From assembly GCA_963761185.1 (NCBI GenBank), contig CAVXFY010000009.1:469109-533108 (forward strand): a stretch of 64,000 nt of DNA, read 5' to 3'. Numbering within the stretch: position 1 is the first letter of the stretch; each line of letters opens with the position of its first letter. Origin of the DNA: an uncultured Alphaproteobacteria bacterium. GTDB lineage: Bacteria; Pseudomonadota; Alphaproteobacteria; Rhizobiales; Xanthobacteraceae. The translations under genes and the position numbers were made by a program. The notes under the pieces were generated by a model. That model ran no database searches and was not told the DNA's origin. It was given only the letters and a program-made list of their open reading frames with translations. Below, in pieces: positions 46,347 through 57,722 of this stretch.

Positions 46347-49304
46347 TTACCCCAGAGCGTCTTCCAAGAAATTCTTGAGCTGCGCGAGATGCAGCGACAT
46401 CTGCCCGACCGCGGTCGACGCCGAGGCCGGCCGGCCGGCGTAACGCGCGCGGCGGTGCTTGGCGCCGATCTGGTTGAGCACCCATTCCAGGAAGATATCG
46501 ACGAACACCCAGCCGCCCATATTGCGCGGCTCTTCCTGGCACCAGACGATCTCAGCTTCCTTGAAGCGCGACAGTTCCGTCATCAGCGCCTTGGTCGGAA
46601 ACGGATAGAGCTGCTCGATGCGCAGCAGATAAATATCTTCGATGCCGCGCTTCTCGCGCTCGTCGTACAGATCGTAATAGACTTTGCCCGAAGAGATGAC
46701 GACGCGGCGGATCTTGGCGTCGGGCACGAGCTTGATCTTCTCGCCGGAGAGCGTCTGCGCATCGTCCCACAACAGGCGATGGAACGACGTCGCCGGCCCC
46801 ATGTCCGCGAGCTTCGACACTGCGCGCTTGTGGCGCAGCAGCGATTTCGGCGTCATCAGGATCAAGGGCTTGCGGAAGTCGCGCTGGATCTGCCGGCGCA
46901 GGATGTGAAAGTAGTTGGCCGGCGTCGTGCAGTTCGCCACCTGCATATTGTCTTCGGCGCAGAGCTGCAAGAAGCGCTCGAGCCGCGCCGAGGAGTGCTC
47001 CGGCCCCTGCCCTTCATAGCCGTGCGGTAACAGGCAGACGAGGCCGGACATGCGCAGCCATTTGCGCTCGCCGGACGAGATGAACTGGTCGAACACGACC
47101 TGCGCGCCGTTGGCGAAGTCGCCGAATTGCGCCTCCCACAAGGTCAGCGCATTGGGTTCGGCGAGCGAATAGCCGTATTCGAAGCCGAGCACGGCCTCTT
47201 CCGACAGCATCGAGTTGATGACTTCGAAGCGGGTCTGGCCTTCGCGCAGATTGTTGAACGGCGTGTAGCGCTGCTCGGTTTCCTGATCGGTCAGCACCGA
47301 ATGGCGCTGCGAAAAGGTGCCGCGCTCGGAGTCCTGGCCGGACAGCCGCACGCGGTGGCCCTCGAGCAAGAGCGAGCAGAAGGCCAGCGCCTCGCCGGTT
47401 GCCCAATCGATGCCCTCGCCGGTCTCGATCGACTTGCGCCGACTGTCGAGGAAGCGATTGAGCGTCTTGTGCAGATGAAAGCCCGAAGGCAGCGTCGTGA
47501 TCTTCTCGCCGATCTCTTTGAGCGTTGTGAGATCGACGCCGGTCTTGCCGCGGCGCGGATCGTCGGCATTGGCCGACGACTTGAATCCCGACCAGCGGCC
47601 GTCGAGCCAATCGGCCTTGTTGGCGCGGTAGCCAAGCGCTGACTCAAGCTCCTCGTCGAGGTGCCCGCGCCAATCGGCCTTCATCTTCTCGACTTCGGCC
47701 GCGGTGACGACGCCTTCGGCGACGAGCTTGTCGCCGTAGATCTGCAGCGTGGAGGGATGGTTGGCGATCGCCTTGTACATCAGCGGCTGGGTGAACGACG
47801 GCTCGTCGCCTTCGTTGTGGCCGTGACGGCGATAGCAGAACATGTCGATGACGACTGGCTTCTGAAATTTCTGCCGGAACTCGGTGGCGATCTTGGCGGC
47901 GAACACCACCGCCTCCGGATCGTCGCCGTTGACGTGGAAGATCGGCGCATCGATCATTTTCGCGACGTCGGACGGATAAGGTGACGACCGCGAATAACGC
48001 GGATCGGTGGTGAAGCCGATCTGGTTATTGACGATGAAATGCACCGAGCCGCCGGTGCGGTGGCCGCGCAGGCCGGACAGCCCGAAACATTCCGCGATCA
48101 CGCCCTGGCCGGCGAACGAGGCGTCGCCGTGGATGAGGAGCGGCATCACCATGGTGCGGTCTTCCGGCGAGGCGCCGTGCTGATCCTGCTTGGCGCGCAC
48201 CTTGCCGAGCACCACGGGATCGACGATTTCGAGATGCGACGGATTGGCCGTGAGCGACAGATGCACCTTGTTCTGATCGAACTCGCGGTCCGACGAGGCG
48301 CCGAGATGGTATTTCACGTCGCCCGAGCCTTCGACCGCATCCGGCGTCGATGAGCCGCCCTTGAATTCATGGAAAATGGCGCGCTGCGGCTTCGCCATCA
48401 CCTGCGCCAGCACGTTGAGCCGGCCGCGATGCGCCATGCCGATCACGATTTCGCGGACGCCGAGCGCGCCGCCGCGCTTGATGATCTGTTCCAGCGCTGG
48501 AATCATCGACTCGCCGCCGTCGAGGCCGAAGCGCTTGGTGCCGGTGAATTTGACGTCGCAGAATTTCTCGAAGCCCTCGGCTTCGACGAGCTTGTTGAGA
48601 ATGGCGCGCTTGCCCTCGCGGGTGAAGGTGATCTCCTTGTCGGGGCCTTCGATGCGTTCCTGTATCCAGCCCTTTTGCGCCCCGTTCGAAATGTGCAGGA
48701 ATTCGACGCCCAAAGTCTGGCAATAGGTGCGGCGCAGGATGGCGACGATCTGCCGGATCGTGCCGAATTCGAGACCGAGCACCTTGTCGATGAAGATCGG
48801 GCGGTCGAGGTCGGCGTCGGTGAAACCATAGGTGCGCGGATCGAGCTCTTCTTCGTTGTTCGGCACCGCAAGGCCGAGCGGATCGAGCTTGGCATGGAAG
48901 TGGCCGCGCGCACGATAGGCGCGGATCAGCATCAAGGCGCGAATGGAGTCGCGCGTTGAGCGCTCGACATCGGCCGAGGAAATATCGACGCCGCGCGCCT
49001 GCGCTTGCGCCTTCACTTTGCCGCCGAGCGCCTTGCCCACTTCGGGCCAATCGCCGTCGAGCGCGGAAATCAGCTCGTTGCGCTCCGGCACCGGCCAGCC
49101 CGCGCGCGCCCAGGACGGACCGCTGGCGTTCTTGACGACGTCGCGCGCGTCGTCCTTGAGGCTCTGAAAGAACGATTGCCACTCCGCGTCGACGGCCTTC
49201 GGGTCGGTCTCGTAGCGGGCGTAGAGGTCTTCGATGTAGTCGGCGTTGCCGCCGTAGAGAAAGGATGTGAGGGCGAAGGCAGCATTCGCGTCTTGGCGAG
49301 ACAT
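46347..49304 (-). CDS. sucA: 2-oxoglutarate dehydrogenase E1 component
   Basis: 985 aa starting from MSRQDANAAFALTSFLYGGNADYIEDLY, with the ThDP region GDASFAGQGV...HGYEGQGPEHSSARLERFLQ. The ATG at 49304 has an AAGGAA RBS. Confidence 0.95.
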   Translation of the reverse strand: MSRQDANAAFALTSFLYGGNADYIEDLYARYETDPKAVDAEWQSFFQSLKDDARDVVKNASGPSWARAGWPVPERNELISALDGDWPEVGKALGGKVKAQAQARGVDISSADVERSTRDSIRALMLIRAYRARGHFHAKLDPLGLAVPNNEEELDPRTYGFTDADLDRPIFIDKVLGLEFGTIRQIVAILRRTYCQTLGVEFLHISNGAQKGWIQERIEGPDKEITFTREGKRAILNKLVEAEGFEKFCDVKFTGTKRFGLDGGESMIPALEQIIKRGGALGVREIVIGMAHRGRLNVLAQVMAKPQRAIFHEFKGGSSTPDAVEGSGDVKYHLGASSDREFDQNKVHLSLTANPSHLEIVDPVVLGKVRAKQDQHGASPEDRTMVMPLLIHGDASFAGQGVIAECFGLSGLRGHRTGGSVHFIVNNQIGFTTDPRYSRSSPYPSDVAKMIDAPIFHVNGDDPEAVVFAAKIATEFRQKFQKPVVIDMFCYRRHGHNEGDEPSFTQPLMYKAIANHPSTLQIYGDKLVAEGVVTAAEVEKMKADWRGHLDEELESALGYRANKADWLDGRWSGFKSSANADDPRRGKTGVDLTTLKEIGEKITTLPSGFHLHKTLNRFLDSRRKSIETGEGIDWATGEALAFCSLLLEGHRVRLSGQDSERGTFSQRHSVLTDQETEQRYTPFNNLREGQTRFEVINSMLSEEAVLGFEYGYSLAEPNALTLWEAQFGDFANGAQVVFDQFISSGERKWLRMSGLVCLLPHGYEGQGPEHSSARLERFLQLCAEDNMQVANCTTPANYFHILRRQIQRDFRKPLILMTPKSLLRHKRAVSKLADMGPATSFHRLLWDDAQTLSGEKIKLVPDAKIRRVVISSGKVYYDLYDEREKRGIEDIYLLRIEQLYPFPTKALMTELSRFKEAEIVWCQEEPRNMGGWVFVDIFLEWVLNQIGAKHRRARYAGRPASASTAVGQMSLHLAQLKNFLEDALG

Positions 49305-49471
49305 GGTTCGTTCCTTGAGCGAATCCCGAGCTGGTCGATGGAGAGCAAAGCGCAATACGTAAAAACCGACAGGCCGCGAGAAGCGGCGAATCGGCCCGGC
49401 CCGGCGCTCGGGAACTCTCTTTTACCCTATTTAGTCATCGGATGCGGCACGGAAAAGACGAAAGAACTGAA

Positions 49472-50356
49472 TCAGGATTTCAATATTTCCGCCAATGTTC
49501 TCCCGAGACGCGCCGGCGAAGGTGAAACCTTAATTCCAGCCGATTCCATGGCGGCGATCTTGGATTCGGCGTCGCCCTTACCGCCGGCGATGATCGCGCC
49601 GGCATGGCCCATGCGCCGACCAGGCGGAGCAGTGCGCCCGGCGATGAAGCCGACCATCGGCTTCTTGCGGCCGCGCTTGGCTTCGTCCTTGAGGAACTGG
49701 GCGGCGTCTTCTTCCGACGAGCCGCCGATCTCGCCAATCATGATGATCGATTCGGTCGCCTTGTCGGCCAGAAACATTTCCAGCATTTCGATGAAATCGG
49801 TGCCCTTCACCGGATCGCCGCCAATACCGACCGCGGTGGTCTGGCCAAGCCCGACCTGCGAGGTCTGAAACACGGCTTCGTAAGTCAGCGTGCCGGAGCG
49901 CGACACGATGCCGACCTTGCCGGGCTTGAAGATGCTCGCCGGCATGATGCCGATCTTGCATTCGCCGGCCGTCATGACGCCCGGGCAGTTCGGCCCGATG
50001 AGCCGCGACTTCGATCCCGACAGCGAGCGCTTCACTTTGACCATGTCGGCGACGGGGATGCCTTCGGTGATGCAGATGATCAGTGGAATCTCGGCCTGGA
50101 TCGACTCGCAGATCGCATCCGCGGCGCCGGGCGGCGGCACATAGATCACGCTCGCGTCACAGCCGGTCTTGTCGCGCGCCTCGGCGACGGTCTCAAAGAC
50201 CGGCAGGCCGAGATGGGTGGTGCCGCCTTTGCCGGGCGAGGTGCCGCCGACCATTTTAGTGCCGTAGGCGATCGCCTGCTCCGAATGGAACGTGCCGTTC
50301 TTGCCGGTGAAGCCCTGGCAAATGACCTTGGTGTTCTTGCCGATGAGGATGGACAT
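49472..50356 (-). CDS. sucD: succinate--CoA ligase subunit alpha
   Basis: [38 protein letters not shown]...[10 protein letters not shown]...MGHAGAII. The start overlaps the sucC stop (TAATG). Confidence 0.95.
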   Translation of the reverse strand: MSILIGKNTKVICQGFTGKNGTFHSEQAIAYGTKMVGGTSPGKGGTTHLGLPVFETVAEARDKTGCDASVIYVPPPGAADAICESIQAEIPLIICITEGIPVADMVKVKRSLSGSKSRLIGPNCPGVMTAGECKIGIMPASIFKPGKVGIVSRSGTLTYEAVFQTSQVGLGQTTAVGIGGDPVKGTDFIEMLEMFLADKATESIIMIGEIGGSSEEDAAQFLKDEAKRGRKKPMVGFIAGRTAPPGRRMGHAGAIIAGGKGDAESKIAAMESAGIKVSPSPARLGRTLAEILKS

Positions 50357-51525
50357 TACGCAGCCTCCTTCACGGCTTTGACGATCTTCTGCGCGGCATC
50401 GTCGAGATCGTCGCCCGAAGTGACGTTGAGGTTGGACTTGGCGATGATCTCCTTGCCGAGCGCCACATTGGTGCCTTCGAGCCGCACCACGAGCGGCACG
50501 CGCAGGCCGACTTCCTTCACCGCGGCGACGACGCCTTCGGCGATGACGTCGCATTTCATGATGCCGCCGAAGATATTGACCAGGATGCCCTTCACGCTCG
50601 GATCCGAGGTAATGATCTTGAACGCGGCGGCGACTTTTTCCTTGGTGGCGCTGCCGCCGACGTCGAGGAAGTTGGCCGGCATTTCGCCGTACAGCTTGAT
50701 GATGTCCATGGTCGCCATGGCGAGGCCGGCGCCGTTGACCATACAGCCGATGGTGCCGTCGAGCGCGACATAATTGAGATCGTAGCGCGACGCCTCGATC
50801 TCCTTCGGATCTTCCTCAGTGAGATCGCGCAGCGCCACGATGTCGGGATGCCGATAAAGCGCGTTGTCGTCGAAGCCGATCTTGGCATCGAGGCAGATCA
50901 AGTCGCCGGCTTTGGTGACGACCAGCGGATTGATTTCGAGCATGCTCATGTCCTTGGCGACGAAGGCCTGATAGATCTTCGGCAGCATGTTCTCGGCCTG
51001 CTTGCCGACCTCGCGATTGAAGCCCAGCACGCTCGACACGTAGCGGGCGTGGTGCGGCATAAAGCCGGTCGCCGGATCGATCGAAAACGTCACGATCTTC
51101 TCGGGCGTCTTGTGGGCGACCTCTTCGATCTCCATGCCGCCTTCGGTCGAAACCACGAAAGCGATGCGCGAGGTGGCGCGATCGACCAGCACGGAAAGAT
51201 AATATTCGCGGTCGATGGCCGAGCCTTCCTCGATATAGAGGCGGCGCACTTCCTTGCCTTGCGGCCCGGTCTGGTGCGTCACCAAAGTCGAGCCGAGCAG
51301 GCGCTGCGCTTCCCGCTTCACCTCGGCGACCTCTTTGACGACCTTGACGCCGCCGGCCTTGCCGCGGCCGCCGGCGTGGATTTGGGCCTTCACCACCCAG
51401 ACCGGCCCGCCGAGCGTGTTCGCGGCGGTTTCGGCCTCAGTGACGGTGAATGCGGGAATGCCGCGCGGCACCGGCACGCCAAAATCGCGCAACACCGCCT
51501 TGGCCTGATATTCGTGGATGTCCAT
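50356..51525 (-). CDS. sucC: succinate--CoA ligase subunit beta (ADP-forming)
   Basis: [22 protein letters not shown]...[18 protein letters not shown]...[10 protein letters not shown]. Confidence 0.95.
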   Translation of the reverse strand: MDIHEYQAKAVLRDFGVPVPRGIPAFTVTEAETAANTLGGPVWVVKAQIHAGGRGKAGGVKVVKEVAEVKREAQRLLGSTLVTHQTGPQGKEVRRLYIEEGSAIDREYYLSVLVDRATSRIAFVVSTEGGMEIEEVAHKTPEKIVTFSIDPATGFMPHHARYVSSVLGFNREVGKQAENMLPKIYQAFVAKDMSMLEINPLVVTKAGDLICLDAKIGFDDNALYRHPDIVALRDLTEEDPKEIEASRYDLNYVALDGTIGCMVNGAGLAMATMDIIKLYGEMPANFLDVGGSATKEKVAAAFKIITSDPSVKGILVNIFGGIMKCDVIAEGVVAAVKEVGLRVPLVVRLEGTNVALGKEIIAKSNLNVTSGDDLDDAAQKIVKAVKEAA

Positions 51526-51666
51526 GGATGGCCCTATCTATCGTGCTTCCGGCCGGGAGCCGGAATTCAAGTCACAGCAATTTCGAACTTTGCGCGAGCA
51601 GCGTCTTATATCGGGATTATGAATTCCGGGTTCGCGGTGACACGGCGCCCCGGAATGACGCTACCG

Positions 51667-52701
<1,035 letters not shown>

Positions 52702-52814
52702 TCAAGTCGGGAGAATCGGCGATTTCGCCGGATAGCAACGAAAACGGTCCCAGTGCGTCCCAATGTGATTGACCGACCCCGCGGCCGGTCCCGTCGGGCC
52801 GGCGGCGGAGGGAT

Positions 52815-53993
52815 TTAAGTCTCGACGATGCCCGCCGTCGAGCCGGACGTCTGACCATGCGCCGCGCCATGCGGCCGCGCCAGGTAGGCATCCGAGCGCA
52901 TTTCGATGAGACGCGAGGCCGTGCGATTGAACTCCAGCGCCTCATAACCTTGATCGGCTTTGTAGAGCGCGTCGGGCTCGGCTGCCGCGGACGCGATCAG
53001 CTTCACATTCATGTCGTAGAGCGTGTCGATCAGAATGATGAAGCGCTTCGCCGCATTGCGGTTATCGAACGTCATCGCCGGCACATGATCGAGAATGACG
53101 GTGTGATATTCGTGCGCGAGGCGCAGATAATCGGCAGCGGCGAGCGGCCTCTCGCACAGATCGTGAAAGTCAAATCGCGCCACCCCCATGAAAGCGCGCG
53201 GCACATGCACGCTGCGGCCGTGCAACGGAAGATCTTGCGCCGCGCCCTCATGTCCGCCGGTGAGCCGCCGCCAGGCGTCGTCGAGCGCCCGGTCGGAGGC
53301 AGCATCCGCCGGTATGTACCAGACCGGCTTGCCGCCGAGCTTTTCCAGCCGGAAATCGGTGCGCGCTTCGAGCCGCACCACGTCCAAGCGCTGTTCGAGC
53401 AAGTGAATAAACGGCACGAACAGAGCGCGGTTCAATCCGTCTTTGTAGAGATCCTCCGGCGCCACGTTCGAGGTCGCGACAAGCACGATGCCCTGCTCGA
53501 ACAATTGCGTGAACAGCCGGCCGAGGATCATGGCGTCGGCGATGTCGGTGACGTGAAACTCGTCGAAGCAGAGCAGCCAGGCTTCTTCGGCGAGTTCGTC
53601 GGCGACGAGCTTGATCGGATCCTCGCCCTGATGCTCGCCGATCTTCATCTTCTGCCGGATCGCATGAACGCGCTCGTGCACGTCGATCATGAATTCGTGG
53701 AAATGCGCGCGGCGCTTGCGCGCCACCGGGCTGGCGTCGAAGAAGAAATCCATCAACATGGTCTTGCCGCGGCCGACTTCGCCGTAAACGTAGAGACCCT
53801 TGATCGCCGGCTGAGCGCGGGCGCGGCTCGCGAACAGCCAGCCGAGCGCCGAGGATTTTCGCGCCAGACGATGCTCGACGATGCGCGCTTCGAGCTGCGC
53901 CATCAATCCGACGACTGAAAGTTGCCCCTGATCTTCTTCGACTTGGCCGGCGGCAGCGGCTTCCGCGTAATGTGCTGTGACCGAGTTCGGCAT
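52815..53993 (-). CDS. zapE: cell division protein ZapE (AFG1-like ATPase)
   Basis: Walker A GLYVYGEVGRGKTMLMD, Walker B LLCFDEFHVTDIADAM, and the usual position next to mdh in alphaproteobacteria. Confidence 0.85.
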   Translation of the reverse strand: MPNSVTAHYAEAAAAGQVEEDQGQLSVVGLMAQLEARIVEHRLARKSSALGWLFASRARAQPAIKGLYVYGEVGRGKTMLMDFFFDASPVARKRRAHFHEFMIDVHERVHAIRQKMKIGEHQGEDPIKLVADELAEEAWLLCFDEFHVTDIADAMILGRLFTQLFEQGIVLVATSNVAPEDLYKDGLNRALFVPFIHLLEQRLDVVRLEARTDFRLEKLGGKPVWYIPADAASDRALDDAWRRLTGGHEGAAQDLPLHGRSVHVPRAFMGVARFDFHDLCERPLAAADYLRLAHEYHTVILDHVPAMTFDNRNAAKRFIILIDTLYDMNVKLIASAAAEPDALYKADQGYEALEFNRTASRLIEMRSDAYLARPHGAAHGQTSGSTAGIVET

Positions 53994-54320
53994 AAAGAGT
54001 TAACGGACATTAATGGTTGTGAGAGAAACGTGGCGGGAGATTGTGCACGCTGCGTGCCAAACTGGCGGTTAAGTCTATGCGTGATGTTTTTGATTGTCGT
54101 CAAATAGCCGCAAACTTTGAGCGAGCCAATTTTTAGCAAGCTATGCGTATACGGGATGTAGGCATGTTGCTCAATCCTTCGCCTTGCCAAAGTTCGGCGG
54201 CACTCCGACATTAGGTTTTGATTCGACGGGCGTGCGAGACCATTCTCGTTTCGCCCGTTTGCTTTCTGGGAGGAAGGCGCAAGCGAGGGCTTTGGCGACG
54301 TAACGTCAGGAGCTCTTGGA

Positions 54321-54893
54321 ATGCAGGAAGTACTTCCCGAAGGCGGCGTGATCCGCAAATTGTGGGTCGGCGAAACGGCTCAATACCGTGAGCACATCCT
54401 TCGCCTCGATCCAGAAAGCCGACGCAACCGGTTCGCCGGCGGCGTGTCCGACGATTTCGTCCGCAAATATGTCGATCTCGCCAACTCGCTCGACGCGGTG
54501 ATCTACGGCTTCTTCGTCGACAACGTGATGCGCGGCGCGGCCGAACTGCGTCCGCTCGGCATGCGCTTTGCGCGCGAGGCGGAAGCCGCGATCAGCGTCG
54601 AGAAGCGCTGGCAGTCGCATGGCGTCGGCTCGGCGCTATTGGCGCGCGTATTGCTGACGGCGCGCAATCGCGGCTACCGGCATCTGCACATGGCCTGCAT
54701 GGCCGAGAACCGTCGCATGCAGCAGCTGGCGCGCAAATTCGACGCCGAACTGACCTTCGATTTTGAAAGCGTGGTCGGCGAGGTCGAAGCGTCGCGGCCG
54801 ACACCGATGTCGCTGATGCGCGAAATCATGTCGGACAGCCACGGCTTCGCCACCGCGATGCTCGATCTGCAGACCAGGATCTTGCGGGCTTAG
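54321..54893 (+). CDS. GNAT-family N-acetyltransferase
   Basis: The acetyl-CoA binding region is V.KRWQSHGVGSALLARVLLTARNRGYRHLHM.C...N..M..LA.KF. Confidence 0.65.
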   Translation: MQEVLPEGGVIRKLWVGETAQYREHILRLDPESRRNRFAGGVSDDFVRKYVDLANSLDAVIYGFFVDNVMRGAAELRPLGMRFAREAEAAISVEKRWQSHGVGSALLARVLLTARNRGYRHLHMACMAENRRMQQLARKFDAELTFDFESVVGEVEASRPTPMSLMREIMSDSHGFATAMLDLQTRILRA

Positions 54894-54894
54894 A

Positions 54895-55461
54895 TCAGCT
54901 CGCGCGCTGGGCGAAGCCCATCTCGCTCGCCGCCAGCGGATAGGCTTCCTCGACGAGGTAAGGGCCGCCGCCGACCGACGAGCGCGACGAAAACAGAACA
55001 AAGCGCGAGACTTCGAACGACATCGAGCGGTAATGGCCGCGCGCGGCGAGATAGTCGGCAACCTGGTGGCTTGAAGAGTCCCGCAAGCGCGCCAGCGTGA
55101 CATGGGGCGTGTATTTGCGGCCTTCGGGCTCGAGCCCGAGCCGCTGCAGCAGGCGGTCGTGCTCGGCCTGCAATTCCATCAGCGGCGCGACCTGGGCCGC
55201 CGGCGCCACCACCGCGCGCGGCTTTCTGCCGCCGAACGAGGTGAGCCCGTCGAGCCGAAGCTCGAACGGCCGGCGATGCACGCGGCCGAGCATGCCGGCG
55301 ATTTCGTTGGCCAAGGCATCATCGATATCGCCGATGAAGCGCAGCGTCAGGTGGTAATTCTCGGGATCGATCCAGCGGGCGCCTGGTAGGCCGCCGCGCA
55401 TGATGGCAAGCGTCTGGGCGACAAGCGGCGGAATTTCGAGACCGGTGAACAAGCGGGGCAT
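54895..55461 (-). CDS. thpR: RNA 2',3'-cyclic phosphodiesterase (2H family, ThpR/LigT)
   Basis: MPRLFTGLEIP plus the two HxT/S motifs HLTLRFIG and HVTLARL. Confidence 0.85.
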   Translation of the reverse strand: MPRLFTGLEIPPLVAQTLAIMRGGLPGARWIDPENYHLTLRFIGDIDDALANEIAGMLGRVHRRPFELRLDGLTSFGGRKPRAVVAPAAQVAPLMELQAEHDRLLQRLGLEPEGRKYTPHVTLARLRDSSSHQVADYLAARGHYRSMSFEVSRFVLFSSRSSVGGGPYLVEEAYPLAASEMGFAQRAS

Positions 55462-55533
55462 GACAAACTCCTGCTCGTGTTAGCGATTCGCCGCCTCCGC
55501 AGAATGGGATGAACGGCGAGTCTGCGCAACCCA

Positions 55534-56211
55534 TTATGAGGGGTGCTGCGTATGGACTTGGTCAACAAGCTGCAAAATTTTGGGCAAAATGCGCTCGACA
55601 ATGAGACCGACGCCTATGGCGTTGGGATGCATACCGTCTTGCTGCAGCAGTTTGAGGTCGCCGGCGGCCCCGTCGAGGAAGAACGGATAGAGCAGCGTGC
55701 CGTATTTTGCGGCAAGCTCCGGATAGATGTGCTCGAAGGCCTCGCCATAATCCGTGCCGAGATTCGGCGCCGCGCGCATGCCGCACAAGATGACGGCGAT
55801 GTGACGCGCCGCGAGCCGTTGCAGGATCTTGTCGAGCGCGCCGCGCGTCACCTCCGGCCTGATCCCGCGCAGCATGTCGTTGGCGCCGAGCTCGACAATG
55901 ACGGCGTCAGTGTGGTCGGGCACCGACCAATCAAGCCGCGCCAGGCCGTCGGAGGCGGTATCGCCCGAGACGCCGGCATTGGCGACGGTCGCGTTCACGC
56001 CCTTGGCGGTCAGCGCCGCCTGCAAGCGCGGCACAAAGCCATCCCTGTCGGTAAGCCCGTAGCCTGCCGTCAAAGAATCGCCCAATGCGACGATTTGGAT
56101 CGGTGCGGATTGAATCGGCGTTTGCGCTAAGGCCGGATATGCCATTGTCCAAAAACCGAGCGAAAAGGTACAAAACGCCGCAGTCGCGATTTGGCGCAGG
56201 GCGCGCCGCAA
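55534..56211 (-). CDS. SGNH/GDSL arylesterase (TesA-like); start ambiguous
   Basis: IVALGDSLTAGYGL (catalytic Ser block), GANDMLRG and DGMHPN. The frame is open to 56346. The TTG at 56211 precedes the signal-like LRRALRQIATAAFCTFSLGFWTMAYPALA. Longer starts would overlap the divergent ABC gene. Confidence 0.75.
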   Translation of the reverse strand: MRRALRQIATAAFCTFSLGFWTMAYPALAQTPIQSAPIQIVALGDSLTAGYGLTDRDGFVPRLQAALTAKGVNATVANAGVSGDTASDGLARLDWSVPDHTDAVIVELGANDMLRGIRPEVTRGALDKILQRLAARHIAVILCGMRAAPNLGTDYGEAFEHIYPELAAKYGTLLYPFFLDGAAGDLKLLQQDGMHPNAIGVGLIVERILPKILQLVDQVHTQHPS

Positions 56212-56287
56212 CCCATATGAGCAAGCGCCGGCAAATCGCGGGACTTTTTTTGCAGGTTGTTCGGCAAGGCTCGGACCAATCAGAAGC

Positions 56288-57007
<720 letters not shown>

Positions 57008-57017
57008 CGAAGGCTGC

Positions 57018-57722
57018 ATGACCAAGAGCATGACCGAAAGCATGCCCGACAGCTTGACCGATAGCGCTGTGCCGACGGCATCGCGCGTGCCGCTTGTTCT
57101 CAAGCTTCTTTATACCGGCTATCTCGCGGTGCTGATTCCGGTCTATTGGCACTATTACGGGCCGACCAACTTTCTGTATTTTTGCGACCTTGCGCTGATC
57201 ATCACGCTGATCGGGATCTGGACCGAGAGCGCCCTTCTGATCTCGATGTGCTGCGTCGGCATTTTGGTGCCGCAGCTGATCTGGCTGATCGATTTTTGCG
57301 CCAATATCGCAGGCATCTCGCTTACCGGCATGACCAATTACATGTTCGATACGAACCATTCACTGTTTCTGCGCTTGCTTTCGCTGTTTCACGGCTGGCT
57401 GCCGATCCTGCTCGTCTATCTGGTCTGGAAGATCGGGCACCATCGGCGCGCCGTGCATTCATGGACCGCGGTCAGCTCTGTGGTGCTGCCGGTCTGTTTC
57501 TTTCTGATGCCGCCGCCAGAGCCTAATGCGGGACTGACGCCGGTGAATATCAACTATGTCTGGGGCATGAGCGACCACGCCGCGCAGACTTTCGTTCCGG
57601 CTTATATGTGGTTCTTAGGTCTGCTGATCGGCCTGCCGCTTCTCGTCTACCTACCCACGCATTTTGTTCTGACGCGCGTCGCGCCCAGCGCCCACGCACC
57701 CAAACTCGCGGAGACCGCGTGA
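57018..57722 (+). CDS. hypothetical multi-pass membrane protein
   Basis: 234 aa with about 6-7 hydrophobic segments. GAAGG RBS. Its TGA overlaps the ATG of the FtsX-type permease (ATGA at 57720-57724). Confidence 0.6.
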   Translation: MTKSMTESMPDSLTDSAVPTASRVPLVLKLLYTGYLAVLIPVYWHYYGPTNFLYFCDLALIITLIGIWTESALLISMCCVGILVPQLIWLIDFCANIAGISLTGMTNYMFDTNHSLFLRLLSLFHGWLPILLVYLVWKIGHHRRAVHSWTAVSSVVLPVCFFLMPPPEPNAGLTPVNINYVWGMSDHAAQTFVPAYMWFLGLLIGLPLLVYLPTHFVLTRVAPSAHAPKLAETA

